Notes: generated by a model from the sequence alone, not told the origin. A stretch of 64,000 bases of DNA from Eledone cirrhosa (GCA_964016885.1 OZ024743.1:238080001-238144000), one strand, 5' to 3'; shown: positions 27,041-41,765, counted from the first letter of the stretch. Numbers and translations: made by a program.

Positions 27041-28236
27041 TATGTGAGGTAAAGCCTTTTTTGTTAAAATACAATAGTAAATATAGAGTAATATGAATGC
27101 TAAAGCTTTAATATACTTGTTGTTGAATAAGTCCCTATTGTTTTTGAATAATTACACACAATATTCTATTACCTTTATCTCCTCATCCTCCCTTGGGTGT
27201 GTATATACTTATAAGGTCGATTTGATGGAAATCCGCAACTCTGTTTTGAAAATTAGCCAGTAACATTGTAATATATTCCTCTGTATTTGAATTCGATTTT
27301 TCACGATTGATAATTGAGGATAGCGATTTCAAGATGACAACAAGGTGATGAAACATATGTAAATGGTAGAAATAAATCCTACTGTACCGCTTATCTGTGT
27401 TAATCCTTTTTTTACCTATTATATATGTATATATAATTATATATATATGGAATACTGTTAGCTTCTCGCTACAACAATTTCTATACTTTTCATTTATATA
27501 TATATACTCGGCTTTATTTCCTACAGTGCTTAAATTATTTGTGACTAATCCCGGTATTTAAAAAAAAAAAGACCGCGATAATATTGCTTTTTGCTGAACT
27601 CCTTATTGTAGAGTTTTTTTCGGAATGTTTTTGACTGTTGTTTCATGTAAACAAACATTCGTCTCATTCTGACGTCACCGGCCCTGTTTTTCCACATGTG
27701 CGTTTTATTTTCAACATCACGCATGATGTTAAACTAGCCTGCTTTTAAATTCCCTTTTTGGCATATTAATCATTGAGACCTTGGTTACCATGTTGAGCAC
27801 TGCTGATGAACGAAATCCAACCGTGACCATCCCACTGAAAGTTTTCGTGAAATAGTCTTTTCAAGACTATACAGAGCATTTGAAGTTGTCCCAAATTGAA
27901 GGATGAGTACTTTAGACTTTGCTTTATCATGAGTTAAGGCTCTATTGATTTTTCCATGGATTTCTCTAAATTATGTTGGATAAATCTATATCCTGATTCT
28001 TTTTGAATTGAGTTTGAATTATTTTTACCATATCTTATGTTAACTAGTTTCCCATTTTGACGCTATAGTCACTTATATATTATGGAATACTGTTAGCTTC
28101 TCGCTACAACAATTTCTATACTTTTCATTTATATATATATATATATATATATGATTATTTAATTTATTAATTCTTCATTGAGCCACATCGTGAACGGTTG
28201 CCACATATATATCTGTGACTTTATGTATATGTAAAT

Positions 28237-28315
<79 letters not shown>

Positions 28316-28344
28316 CATATATATATATATATATATATATATAG

Positions 28345-29338
28345 GAATTTAAGACTGGCTGTCCATTGGAACTTCTCTATGCTGACGATCTGGTTGTTAT
28401 AGCAGAATCAGTAGAGGAGCTAGAGAGTAAATTATGGCTATGGAAACAGCAGTTGGAATCAAGAGGACTGAGAGTAAACCTAGCTAAGACAAAAGTCTTG
28501 ATGAGTAGAAAAGAGGACTAAACTCTGACTCCGTCAGGGAAATGGCCATGTTCGATATGCAGAAAATGTACACAGTGCAGATCTTGGGTACACAAGAGAT
28601 GTAGTGGGATAGCAGGCAAACTAACAGGTAAGGAGAAATACGTATGCAGTAGATGTACAGGGAAATTTGACAGTAGAAGTCGCATTGATAGACACATTTT
28701 TCAAATGCAGGCGGGTGCTATAGAAGTGGTTGATAGCTTCCGGTACCTAGCAGATCAGATTAGCATGGGAGGGGGGTGTTCTGAGGCCATAGTATCTATA
28801 ATAAGGACGGGTTAGAAGAAGTTTAGGGAGATGCTTCCTCTGCTGACGAAGAAGGGTTTCTCCCTGCTTATGAAAGGCTGGTTATATGATGCCTGTGTGA
28901 TGAGTACGATGCTGCATGGTAGTGAGACATGGGTAGCAAGTGAAGAGGATATGTGACGGTTGGAGAGAAATGAGGCAAGCATGCTCCATTGGATGTGCAA
29001 TGTCAATCTGCGTGAACGGCCGACCATGGATGTATTGAGAAAGAAACTGTGTCTGAGAGGGATAAATTGTAGTGTGCTGGAGAGGAGACTGCGATGGTAT
29101 GGACATGTGATGCGCATGGAGGATGACCGATGGGTGAAGAAGAGCGAAGAAATGGCAGTTGAAGGAAACGTAGTAGAGGAAGACCATGAAAAATATGGGC
29201 GGAGGTGGTGAGAACAGACCTCAGATTGCTGAAGCTCACGGTGGAGATGACGAAGGACCGTGACAAGTGGAGAGATGCTGTGCTGAAGATGACTCGTCCC
29301 ACCCTTGCAAGCAGGGAAAAGCGGACGTAAAATGATGA

Positions 29339-29342
<4 letters not shown>
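28345..29342 (+). mobile_element. RTE-clade LINE (second subfamily), 5'-truncated
   Basis: [20 protein letters not shown] and RRLRWYGHVMRM; (GAT)n tail; lies between (TA)n tracts. Confidence 0.88.
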
Positions 29343-29373
<31 letters not shown>

Positions 29374-29389
29374 TGTGTGTGTGTGTGTA

Positions 29390-31472
29390 TGCAATCTGGG
29401 TTGCCAGACGAACATAAGGATAGGTTTTATGAGTCCTTAATGCACACTACTGCCTTCACAAGTGTCGAGAAGAAAGCTGTGTGGAAGAGCCATTATGAAA
29501 GTTTACTGAATGAGGAGAATTCATGGGAGAAAGGGACGCTACTCCAAGTGGACCCCATAGAGAGCCAAGCAATACAAGTCAGCAGCAGTGTAGTAAGTAA
29601 GGAAATTAAGGATATGAAGACTGGGAAAGCAACTGGTCCATCGAGTTTAGCTGCCGAGATGCTGAAAGCATCTAGATCGGTAGGTCACACCATAACCATA
29701 CATATTGTTAACCAAGTAATACTAGAGAGCGTCATTACAAATGATTGGCACAGCACCAACATTGTCAACTGCTACAAGGGTAAAGGAGATGCACTAAATA
29801 GAGGAAACTATAGAGGTATAAAGCTGATGGACTAGGTCATGAAAATAACAGAAAGAGTTAGAGCACAGCTGATTAGGGACAGGGTAAATCTTCCTGTGAG
29901 GCAGTTACAGGAAAAGTACCTAGCTAAAAGTAAGCCGCTCTAGCTGGTATTTGTCGATCTGGAAAAAGCCTTCGACAGAGTGCCCAGTGCTATAATCTAG
30001 TAGGCTCTTAGAAAACTAGGAGTAGATGAATGGCTTGTGAAGGCTGTACAAGCCATGTATAGGGGAGCAGTCAGCAAAGTTAGGGTTAACAATGACTATA
30101 GCGAGGAATTTAGCATATAGGTTGGTGTCCAGCAGGGCTCTGTTCTTAGCCCTCTCCTGTTTATTATTGTATTGTAAGCTATAGCAGAGGAGTTTAAGAC
30201 CGGATGTCCAATGGGAATGTCTGTATGTGGATGATCTTATACTTATAGCTGAATCTATCGTGGAACTAGAGAAACAATTTCAAACATGGAAGCAGGACCT
30301 AGAAAGAAAGTATCTCAAAGTCAACCTGACAAAGACTAAGGTCTTTGTAATTAGAAGAGAAAACAGAACCCAGATCCCCTCAGGGAAATGGCCTTGCTGA
30401 GTATGTAGGAAAGGTGTAGGTAGAAATTTCATCCTTTGCCCATATGCAAACAATGGGTACACAAGAGATGTAGTGGGATGTAAGGACGTTTAGCTAAGAA
30501 TGTAAGCTTTACATGTAACAGTTGCACTGGGACAGTAAGCAGTGATTGATCACAAGAAACAAGCACTACCAAATTCTGGGAGGGCTTGGTAGAAACAGTA
30601 GACAGCTTCTGCTACCTAGGTGACAGAATTAGCAGTGAAGGTGGGTATCTGAAAGTACAGTAGCCCGAGTAAGAACGGGATGGAGCAAGTTCAGGGAGTT
30701 ACTACCACTGCAAGCTGCAAAAGGGTTTTCCCTCAAAATGAAAAGCAGACTGTATGATGCATGCATACGAACAGCAATGTTGCATGGTAGTGAAATTGGG
30801 GTGTTGTGCACAAGACTTGTGTAGATTAGAAAGAAATGAAGATTGCATGCTCCGATGGATGTGTAATATATGCGAATGTGTAATATACGCGAATGGCAAA
30901 GCATAAATGAATTAAGAGAGAGACTAGGCATAAGAGGAATCAAATGTTGTGTGCAGGAGAGTAGATTATATTGGTATGGATATATGATGCGTATGAAGGA
31001 TGACAGCTGCATAAAAAGGTGCAGAGCACTAAAAGTCGATGGAAGCCTTGGAGTGGGGTGACCAAGAAGACCTGGGATGAGGTTATAAAAGCTGATCTTG
31101 CCCAATTGCACCTCTTAAATGCAATGACACAGACTGAGTTCTCTGGCGTTACGCAGTAATACAGAGGACCCTACTTCCCATGGGTACAAGCTGAAGCTAA
31201 AGCATATAGACAGTATGCCCCCAGGTGTCATGACAAAAAATCACTCGGTCCACATTGTAAAGTTGTCGTGTAGGTGCCATGTTAAAAGCACCCAGTACCC
31301 ACTGTAAATGAGGTTGATGTTAGGAAGGGCATCCAGCTGTAGAAATCAAGCCAAAATCAGTTCTGTATGAGCAAGACATAGTCACCTGACATGGCATTGC
31401 CCACAACAGGACAATCCGTCTAACCCATGCTAACGCGAAAGAATGGACGTAAAACGGTGATTATTATTATTA
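29390..31472 (+). mobile_element. RTE-clade LINE, degenerate, internally deleted
   Basis: MKTGKATGP, NYRGIKL, FVDLEKAFDRVP and QGSVLSPLLF; 3' UTR module; tail runs into (ATT)n. Confidence 0.88.
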
Positions 31473-31597
31473 TAGTTCAAATCCCGCCGAGGTTAACTTT
31501 GCCTTTCATCCTTACGGGGGTCGATAAAATAAAGTACCAGTAATGTAATGGGTAATTGATGGCCTTGTGCCAAAAGTAGAAACAATTATTATTATTT
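31473..31597 (+). mobile_element. tRNA-derived SINE, 5'-truncated
   Basis: Starts at the B-box; core and GTAGAAACAATTATTATT tail. Confidence 0.88.
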
Positions 31598-31617
31598 TAT
31601 TTGTTGTTATTATTATA

Positions 31618-31811
31618 ATGGATTGGCAGTATCGGTAGAGGTTTGGGCGCCATGCTTTGCAGCATAGAGTTACGCCACTTTATGATCTGAGTTAACCCCC
31701 CCCCCCCCGGTTAACTTTGCCTTTCATCCTTACGGGGTCGATAAAATTAAGTACCAGTAATGCACTGAGATAAATTGCTGGCCTTGTGCCAAAAGTAGAA
31801 ACAATTATTAT
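31618..31811 (+). mobile_element. tRNA-derived SINE
   Basis: A-box, core and AATTATTAT tail abutting the Tx1-like array. Confidence 0.88.
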
Positions 31812-34800
31812 GAGACGGCTGTAACTAAGGCGGAGTAAGTTAGTTAAATTTTTATGAGTTATCGAAAGTTCTATATACTATTTTTTACAACGGTGTGTAG
31901 TTAAAGAACCCCTCATTCAAAGGAGGTGGTTTGTTAACTGTATCTCGCGCCCTTGAGGGCTAAATTTGCATTTATTTACAATCATACCCCCTAAATTTTG
32001 TTTTTAAAAAAAAATCGCGGACAAAAAATGTGTCCACAGGGAGGAACAGCGGGTTGTTCGGATGGTGGAACAGCCGATTCCATCCAATCACAAGGCAAAG
32101 TAAAAAAAGAGGAAAAACAGCAGCAGCAGCGACAGTGGTGGTGACAACAGCAGCAGCAACCACTGGAACAGTAGCAGCAGTAATGGAAATTACAGCGAAA
32201 ACTTCCCTGCGTTAGAAAAATCAAACACCCCCACCACCCCAATAACAACAGCAACAGCCATAATGAACCGAAGCAGCAACAACTATAAAAGCAGCAACAC
32301 AGAGAAAAAAAAAACACTTACGACGGTAACAAAGACAAAACTAGCGATGGGTCAACACAAATCAAAACAAACACATCTTTCGCTAAAGCGACAAACTATT
32401 TTGAACAAGTACACACCACCAATGAAGAGATAAAACAAGCAAAGGTCTTGGTTAAAAAGACCGGACACAGGGTAAGTTTCACCCGCCCAGCTGAGATAAT
32501 AAGAAACAAGCGTTTGTGTTCGGTCGGTTATCGCACGATCGTATAAAAATCGCGGCGATTCGAACAGGCAACGGAACCACAGGTCCAAAGAGCTATGGGT
32601 TCCGTCTGGGCACAGAAAACATACATAGCTTCGGGATCGAGGTATGGCACTGTGGATGTGCTCTTCGCTACACCAGAAGAAGCCAGAGCACACTCCATTG
32701 CGCCACTCCGCAGTGACGAAATCATAATGATGCCTACAAACTGCGGCCAGAGAGTCGTGAAGGTTCGAGTGGCCCAGGTTCTACCCTCAGGGGAGATGGC
32801 GTGGTTGACAGCGGCCGTCCTCGCTGACGTTGAGGATTCAACAACTATACTCAACGTCAAGCGAATAAGAGAGGAAAATTGGACAGGGTCGGAGATGGAG
32901 CTAATCATCCTAGCAAACCATGAGAACATTGAGGCCATCCCCGATGTAATAGACCTGGACGACGGCAGCCATCTACCCGTGACTATCGAAGGTAGGCGCC
33001 CAAGGTGTCATGGATGCGGTGACAAGACGCACCTTAAGGCATTCTGCCTCAAACTCACCAAAACAGACACGCGCCCACCCCTTCTCCCCACGCCGTGCCC
33101 CGCAACTGAAGCGGACAAACAAAGAAAGACCACAATGGCAGAAGAGAAATCACCATCCCCAACAAAAGCACCATCTCATCCACCACCCACAGAACCAATG
33201 GAAAGCATACCCCTTCCTGATATAGCTAAATCAGACAAGGAGTGCGATGAGGCCGAAGAATGGAGGACTATTCCAACAAAATAAAGGAAGAACTCCCTAC
33301 CCTTTCAGGCTAGTGGCCATCTATGCCCCAACAGGAGAAGGACGGCCTGAATTCTTCCGGTGTCTGGAGAACTTTCTTGGAACGTCCCGCTCTTTAGTGT
33401 TAGTGCGCGACTGGAACGGGATCTTAGATGCACGCTGGGATTGTGTGGGATTAGCAGATAGGGGAGGAGGGTGTAAAAGCCTCACAAACCTGCTCAGGCG
33501 TTTTCAGATGTCGGACAGGTACCAATTGGATTTACCGAATGTGCCAATGTGAACTTGGACAAACCGCATCGGGTCATCCAGATCATATCTAGATAGGGTA
33601 TTTTGTAGGGAAATAAATGGTATAGCATAGGCTGTCCACAATTCAAGATAGTTGGCTACACGGATCACAAATTTGTGATCTGTATGGTTGACTTAGATAG
33701 GCTTCATAGACAGGGACCCGGCTACTGGAAACTAAACGCGTCGTTAACAGCGTGCAAAGGTTACAGAGACCGGATTAGCAAATTGGTTAAGCGGGCATTG
33801 ACATGGGCCATCGTCAACAACAAATGGTGGTTTGCCCTGAAAAGAGCGATTAGAATAGAGTCCATTAGGTTTAGTAAAGCGCTAGTAACAGAGAAAAATA
33901 GAGCTGAAGGAAATCTAGTTAGCAAATTAGACGAGGCGCTTAGTAAAGGCATCGCGACCGACGTGCTTGCGCCGAAATTGGCTCTCGACCCATTTTTCAA
34001 CGCTAAGGACGAAGGATACGTTGCCAGAGCTAGAGTGCGTGCTCTCAGACACGAGCGGACGAAAGCCGTTCAATGGGCCCGGGTGGCGAAGGGCGTCGTG
34101 GCAACAAAGCCACGATCCGGTCTTTGGCGAACAACGACGGGCGCATGATACTCGATCCCGGCAGATGTGTGCGGCTTTTCAGCAGCACTTTGCTCAGGTG
34201 TTCGGGGGCAATGGCGGGCCGCATCGCGGAATGGACTTCAGTGCCTACCTCCACGGACTGCCGAGGTTCTCGGTCACTGAGGCGGAGTGACATCTGCTCT
34301 GTGGTGAGAGTGAACGGTCACCTTTCGGAACCGTTCAACATCATGCACTCGATCCACCAAGGATGTCCTCTCTCGTCCTTGTACGTATTAACTCTCGAGC
34401 CATTACTGCACAAACTGAAGACGCTGAGCGGTGATACCGCTTGAACCAGGATGCGGAAGAACAGTGTCAGCTTATGCAGGCAACATCACCGTAGTGGTGT
34501 CGAACGCCAAACACATCGAGGAAATCGACACCACACTAAGAGACTACGAGGTAGTGACAGGAGCAATGATCAACCAGGAAAAATCAGTAGGCTTGCAACT
34601 CGGCACCTGGGGAGGCAGGTGCAAGCCGTCCAACAGCGTTGCCCGTCACTGGACGGATGGACCGGTTAAATTGTTAGGGGTCCGGACCTAAATACGGACA
34701 AAAACTGAGAGGAGGTCACGAATAAGGTGATTTCTCTCACCCAGAAATGGGCCGAGGGGAAGCTATCTCTGAAAGGTCGAGCGGAGGTGGCGAATGCATA

Positions 34801-36044
34801 CATCGCGTCTGTCATCTACTACCGCCTGACCGTCGTGCCTTGTCCTAAGCCTAGCCTAACTGCACTGGAGAGTTTGCTCTTTCGCTTTTTGTGGAAAGGA
34901 CGCGCTCCGATTGTCAGGCGTTCCATCTGCTGTCAACACCCGCTACGCAGAGGGCTGGGCATGCTGCGGCTGTGGATGCGCAGACATGCGCTCAGGCTAC
35001 GACATCTCCACCTCTTCCTCGGCGGTGATCAGGTGTGGTCGCCCTTTGCTAGACACATGTTTCCCCAGCTTGTCTCCTTGGCGGAGCTGCAATCCTGGGT
35101 CAAGCAAAAACCGAGAGGCAGCGCTTGGAAACTGGAATGTCTTCAGGCGCTTACAGCCATGACCAGTGGAGCAATACAATCGATGGAAACTCCACCTTGG
35201 CGTTCTATAGAGGATTAGTGGAGGGAAAATGGCAACGACGTCCTTGGGGAGACTCTAGGCGTCGATGAAAACCAACTAGCCAATCTCTTTGGGAGAACAT
35301 TTGGGCCGGGGCCCATGGACAACTTCCAGAAATCCCTGGCCTGGCAATGCTACTGAGGAGCCTTGCCAGTTTGGGATAAACTCTACAGGCATGGAAGTGC
35401 CGTCAGCCGGGTTGTCTGAGATGAAACCCTCCCGCACGCACTCGTCCAGTGTCCGAGCATTGCTGACTTGTGGGTTTATGCCGAACACCTGCTGTCAGAT
35501 GTAGAACGGATCCGGCTATCACCTGAGTTCATCGTGAAAATTGCCCCGCCGTCTTTCTTTAGCCGAGAAGGGCAGGCAGTTTTTATTTGCCTGGTGGACA
35601 CCTCTGAAAGGGTTGAAGACGGGTACTTTCCTCTTCGGTGACGCCCTCATTAACTTTTTAAAGTTTCACCTGAAGAGTAAAATCAGGGTGGATAGGGAAG
35701 TGCTGACTTCCAGCCAGTTTGTTGAAAGGTGGGTGAGAGAGGCAAGAATGGCCTGTGTGAATAGGTCTACCCTGAGCGTGTGCCTGTAGCATTGTAGGAG
35801 GAAAACTGGAAGAGGGCATTTGCCCTAGCGGTCAGGGTAACCGTGGCTTTTTTTGTGGGCTTTCTCCACGAGCAACCCTCGGAGGTGTCCCCCCTATTGG
35901 GAATTTTTCATTGTTTCCTTTTGTCACACTCTGTTTTTGTTTTTTATTACATGCAGAAATGCCTATTTGTATTGTCCTGTGTTGTCCTTAATGTTATACT
36001 TTGTGTCAACCCTTGTGGTTAATAAAGAAAGCATTATTATTATT
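31812..36044 (+). mobile_element. Tx1-like non-LTR retrotransposon, copy 1 (two internal deletions)
   Basis: ORF1 32595-33284 with zinc knuckle CHGCGDKTHLKAFC; partial APE (YAPTG, DWNGILD, GYWKLN); partial RT (QGCPLS, YAGN); ends CCCTTGTGGTTAATAAAGAAAGC(ATT)n. Confidence 0.9.
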
Positions 36045-39000
36045 GGTCTGTTTGGAGGTCTTTTTTTCTCGCTCCCAGTAAGTCGTTTTATTTACCTGTT
36101 ATATTATTTGTTGTTAAATTGTTCTTGTTGTGTAGGGAAATAAGCCCTTGGACTTTACCCTGTGAAGGGGAAAGTATGATATTTGGGCCTTTTGGCCCAA
36201 ATATTTTAACAATATTTGAACATTTTACTTTTGAAAATAAAAAAAAATGAAAACATGGCTGAGCCATGCCCCCCCCCCCCCCCCCCCCCAGCAATATCTC
36301 TGCTGTCGTGTGACAACGGCGTAAAAGTTGAGAGGAGGGTTAGTGAAATTCATACAACAAACACCACAAACAACGTGAACAAAGACAACAACACTGAGAA
36401 CACTAAATTAAAAAAAATTACCACACTAACTACAACAATAACAGCGTTAACAATAATACAGACAACAGAAAAAAATGACAACAAATGCAACAACGATATT
36501 AACACCACTAACAAGAAAATAAACAACAACACCAACAACAACAATACAAATTGCACCGAAAACAACAACAATGGTGGCACCAAAAACACAACCAACTACA
36601 ACAGTGATAACAGCAACAACACCAACAACACCGTTTGTAGCAACAGCAACAGCACCAACAACAAGACCAGTAGCAGCAGTAGCGGCAGCAATAATGTTGC
36701 CGCTGAAAAAGGGGTCACTTCTTTCGCAGGTGTGGCCCGAAATATAGAGACAGTGCTAGACACGGAGGAGGAGATGGCAGTCACAAGAGCCATGGTGACA
36801 AGGAATGAATATAGAGTTTCCCTGAAACCTCCACCCGATTTCTTCAAAGACGAGCAGAGCAGCTGAGCACACTGACTTACTGCACCGTAAGCAAGATGTC
36901 ACATCAGGTGGAGAGAGCCATGGAGGCTCAAATCCAAAAGGCTTGGGGTATGTCTGGGCGCCAAAAACCCACATCACCCGAGGCAAAAAATACGCCACAG
37001 TAGACGTACATTTCGCCACCCGCCAAGAGGCGAAGTCTCACTCTTTGGAAACTCTAAAGAGTGAGGAGATGCTAATACAGACTGACCAGGAGTACACCGA
37101 GGCCATCCCAGATATCATAGACTTCGAAGAAGGACTCCAGCTCCCTATAAGCGTGGAGGGAAGGCGCCCAAAGTGCTTTCTCTGTGGGCAGAAGGGTCAC
37201 CTCAGGGCCTTCTGCCCGCAGAAGACAGCCAAGAAGAGGGCCCCTCCTTCCGACGCCGGATCCGCTGCTACCAAGAGCAGGGCAGGCAACAGAGGCAGAA
37301 GACCCTTCCATGGTAAATAGGAGGCCAACGCTCGTGGCCCCATACCAAGGCCACGGACAACTAAAGCAGCGGCAGCTGGCGGCAACACCAACAGTAGCAG
37401 TAGCCACACCGGCAGCGAAATCGCCGGAGCGGGCTCCACTACCACCACCAACAGCAGTGGAGCTCATACCCCTCCCAGACCCACGGAATCCGATATGGAG
37501 TATGAGGCAGGAGGGAAGTAGCAAATGGTGTGCCACAAAAAAAAAAAAATCCCTTAGCTTCACCCTCCAAAAGCGAAGGCAAACGAAGAGGGGTAAAAGC
37601 TGCAAGGAGACTTGCAGCAACACCACTACCATCACCATCACCATCACCACCACAAGCATCACCACCAACAACAACCACGCCACCACCAGCATCACCAAAA
37701 ACACCAACATCGCAAACACAACAAAACACACACACCCAACAGCAACAAGAAAACAGTAACAAAATCACCCCTTCCCTCAAAAAAGTACACAGCCATAAAC
37801 ATGGCAAATAAAGAACTCTTACAACATATAAAGCAGCACACAGACATCACAGAAAAAAACTACTACAGCCCATCAACACCAAGAACTCTCCCGACAAACA
37901 TAAACATCATTGAAATCAAAATAGAACATTACAAACTTTTAAAACAAAAATTCCCCAAATCAGTTGGAGACTCCAGAGGGTCGGTTACCAAGACGATATA
38001 CACCGACATCCTCTTGGAAACACCCATGACCAGCCAAAGGGATGGTTCTACTGTCCCTTCGCCACAAGATCAAGGTAAGTGATCCTTTCTCACTTAGCCT
38101 GTTTCTCATCCAACATGGCCGTACTTAGAATAGGCAGTATAAAAGTACGTGGCCTGGGGTAATCTTGGAAGCAGGGTGACCTGCTCAACGACCTCAGGTC
38201 ACTAAACATAGATCTGGTGGCCATCAGTGAGACCAGAATCTCCGAAGCACGAGCCTTCGCACCGATCTTCGGCGGCTACGATGTATACGCATCTCCCAGC
38301 CGTCCAGGATCGGGGGGAGGGCTTGCCGTGCTTTTTCGGAGAGGCTTGGATCTTCCTGGACTCAGAAGGTAATTCGGTGGTGCTGGACGTGACCGGCAGC
38401 GAAGGCAATGCTTTCAGGTTAGTAGCCGTCTACGCCCCCATAGGGGCAGGACGGACAGATTTCTTCAGACGTCTAGAGACCTTTCTTGGAAGGTCCCGCT
38501 CTTTAGAGTTAGTGGGCGACTGGAACGGTATCTTAGATGCACGCTGGGATTATGTGGGGCTAGTAGACAGGGCAGGAGGGTGTAAAAGCCTCAACAACCT
38601 GCTCAGACGTTTCGAACTGTCTGACAGGTATAGGCTGGATTATCTGAATGTGCTAATGTGGACATGGGCAAAACAGATCGGGTCATCCAGATCGTATTTA
38701 GATAGGGTATTCTGTAGGGAAACAGATAAGACTAGTGTAGGTTGTCCACAATTTAAAGTAGTCGACTACACGGACCACAAATTTGTGATCTGTGAAGTTG
38801 ACTTAGATAGACTCCATAGGCAATGGCCCAGCTGCTGGAAGCTGAACGCGCCGTTCCCGGCGCGCAAAGCTTACAGAGACCGGATTAGCGAATTAGTTAA
38901 GCGTGCGTTGACGGGTGCGATCGTCAACAACAGGTGGTGGTTTACCCTGAAAAGGGCTATTAGACTAGAATCGATAAGGTTTAGCAAAGGAGTAGTGATA

Positions 39001-41765
39001 AAGGTAAATAGAGTAGAGAGAGAGTTAGTTAGAAAGCTAGAAGAGGCGTTTGGGACAGGCATCGCAACCGACGTGCTTGCGGCGAGATTGGAACTCGACC
39101 AATTCTTCAACGCAAAGCATGAAGGCTGCGTTGTCAGAGCTAGAGCGCGTGCTCTAAGACACGAGGGGATGAAAGCCGTTCAATGGGCCCGGGTGGTCGA
39201 GGCGCGACGTGGCAACAAGTCCACGATTTCGTCTTTACCTGATCAAAACGGGAGCATGTTGCTCGAACCCGAGCAGATGTGTGCGGCTTTTCAACATCAC
39301 TTTGCTCAATTGTTCGGGAACGGCGGCGAGTCGGATCGGAGTATCAACTTGGGTGCATAACTCGACGGACTGCCGCGGCTCTTGACGACCGTAGCGCAGT
39401 GCTGCGAAAAGCCGATAACAGCAAGTGAAATACGGGAAGCGATGTCTGACTACACGAGGGGTAAATCGCCAGGTTTGGATGGTCTGCCCTACGAGCTTTA
39501 TGCGTACATGCCAGACTTGTTCGGCGACCTCATGGCAGATGTGTACTGCAACTGGCAGCAGAACGGGGGCATTCCCAGTTTTGTGAGCCGGGGAGCGGTG
39601 GCGCTGCTGAGAAAAGACCCGAACAAGGGGGACGTTGTAGACAACTTCAGACCCATAACTCTGCTAAACGCAGAGTTTAAGATATTGGCCAAGGTGTTAG
39701 CAAAGAGATTGGCGCTTGTCGTCGGTGATCTGGTGGGAGAGGCGCAGACATACACCATTCCGGACAGATTCATCCATGACAACCTCCATCTCATGCGATA
39801 CATCATAGAGAGGTTGGTTAAGGAACCTGGCATGGGTGGGGCCCTGATCAATTTGGATCAATCTAAAGCATTTGATAGGGTTGACCATCGGTACCTGGCT
39901 GCGGTCCGCGGCGCGGCCAGCTTCGGGCTCGTTTTTAGGAGCTGGATCGCTGCGATGCACAGCGACATCTGCTCGATTGTGAGGGTGAATGGTCACCTGT
40001 CGCAGCCTTTCAGCATCATGCGCTTGGTCCACCAGGGTTTCCCCCTCTCGTCCCTCTTGTACGTACTGGCCCTAGAGCCGTTCTTGCACAAGAGACGATG
40101 AGGGGTGTCCCACGCGCACTGGGATAAGAGACAACAAAGTTTTAGCCGACGACGTCACCGTGGTGGTGTCGAGCACGAAACACGTCCAGATGCTCGGCAC
40201 CGCTCTCAAGGAATACGAAGCGGTGACAGGAGCAAAGATAAACTAGGAAAAGTCCGTCGTCTTGCATCTCGGCACCTGAAGAGGCAAGTCCATGCCGTCC
40301 GACAGCGTCGTGGGGCTCTGGACGGAAAGCCGGTTAAATTGCTCAGGGTCTGGTTCGGCTCGGACCTCCAGATGGACAAAAAAAAGGAGCGAGGTGACGA
40401 GCAGGGTGGCCTCTCTCACCCAGAAATCGGCCGAGAGGAGGCTGTCTCTGAAAGGCCGGGCAGAGGTGGCGAATACGTACATCGCGTCCATCATCCGCTA
40501 CCAACTGACTTGTACCTTGTCCCCGCCCAACTCTGACCAAAATTGAGCGCCTTCTCTTCCGCTTTTTGTGGAAGGGACGTGCTCCCATGGGCAGACGATC
40601 CATTTGCTGTTAACACCTGTTGCGTGGAGGACTAGGCATGCCATGGCTGATGATGCGCAAACATGCGCTGAGGCTGCGACATCTCTGGTGTTTCCTTGAC
40701 GGGGAACAGGTGTGGTCACCGTTCGCCAGACACGCTTTTCCGCAGCTCATCTCCTTGACGGAGCTGCAGTCCTGGATCAGGAAAACACCGAGGGATAGCG
40801 CTTGGAAGATGGAATGTATCCAGGCGCTCAACGCCCCCTACCAGCTGGGCACTGATATCGGTGGAACATCGACCTTGGTGTTCTATAGAGGGCTAGTGGA
40901 GGGAAAGAGCGACGACTTTCTCGGGGAGACCCTAGGCGTCGAAGACGATCATCTGTTCGCTCTCTTCTAGAGAACTTTCAGACCGGGGCCTATGGACAAC
41001 TTCCAGAAATCCCTGGCCTGGCAGTGTTACCGGGGAGCGTTGCCGGTTCGGGATAAGCTCTACTGGCACGGAGGTGTTGTCAGCCGAGCCTGTCCAAGAT
41101 GCGCCCAGGGCGACGAAACCGTCCTGAACGCACTTGTTCAGTGCCCGAGGATTGCTGACTTGTGGAGCTATGTCGAAAAGCTGCTGTCGCGTGTAGGACG
41201 GATCCGGTTATCGATTGAGTCCATTGTGCAGATAGTCCCGCCGTCCTCCTTTAAGGAGGAGGAAGGACAGGCAGTTTTCATCTGCCTGGTGGCCATGGCG
41301 AAAGAGATTGTGTGGTGGACAAGGTTGAAAGGGTTGAAGATGTACACTTTCTTCTTCGGCCAATTCCTGATTAACTTTTTCAAGTTTCACTTGAAGAGGA
41401 AAATCAGGGTGGAGAGACAAGTGCTGTCTTTTAGTAAGTTTGTTGAAAGGTGGGTGAAAGTGGTGAGCCTGGTCCGAATGAACGGGCCCGCTCTGAGTAT
41501 GCGCCTGTAGACTGAGGAGTGGGAAAATTGATAGAGGGCGCTTGCCCTGGTAGTCAGGATGGCCGTGGTCTTTTTGTGTGACTCTCGGAGGTTTCCCCCT
41601 TTTTGAGGAATTTTTGTTGTTTGAATTTTTTTGATTTCTAGCCCGATTGTGTTATAACCTGTTTACATGACAAAAACACACTTTGTATCGTCCTGTACTG
41701 TTCTGTGTCGTCTCTAATGTTTTTCTTCGTGTTAGCCCTTGTGGCCAATAATGAAACCATTATTA
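36045..41765 (+). mobile_element. Tx1-like retrotransposon, copy 2 (near full length, frameshifted)
   Basis: ORF1 pieces 36216-38082 (N/T-rich, CFLCGQKGHLRAFC); ORF2 from ATG 38115 with APE, RT (GKSPGLDG, FRPITLLN, DQSKAFD) and C-terminal CPRC..ETV..ALVQCP; (ATT) tail. Confidence 0.92.
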
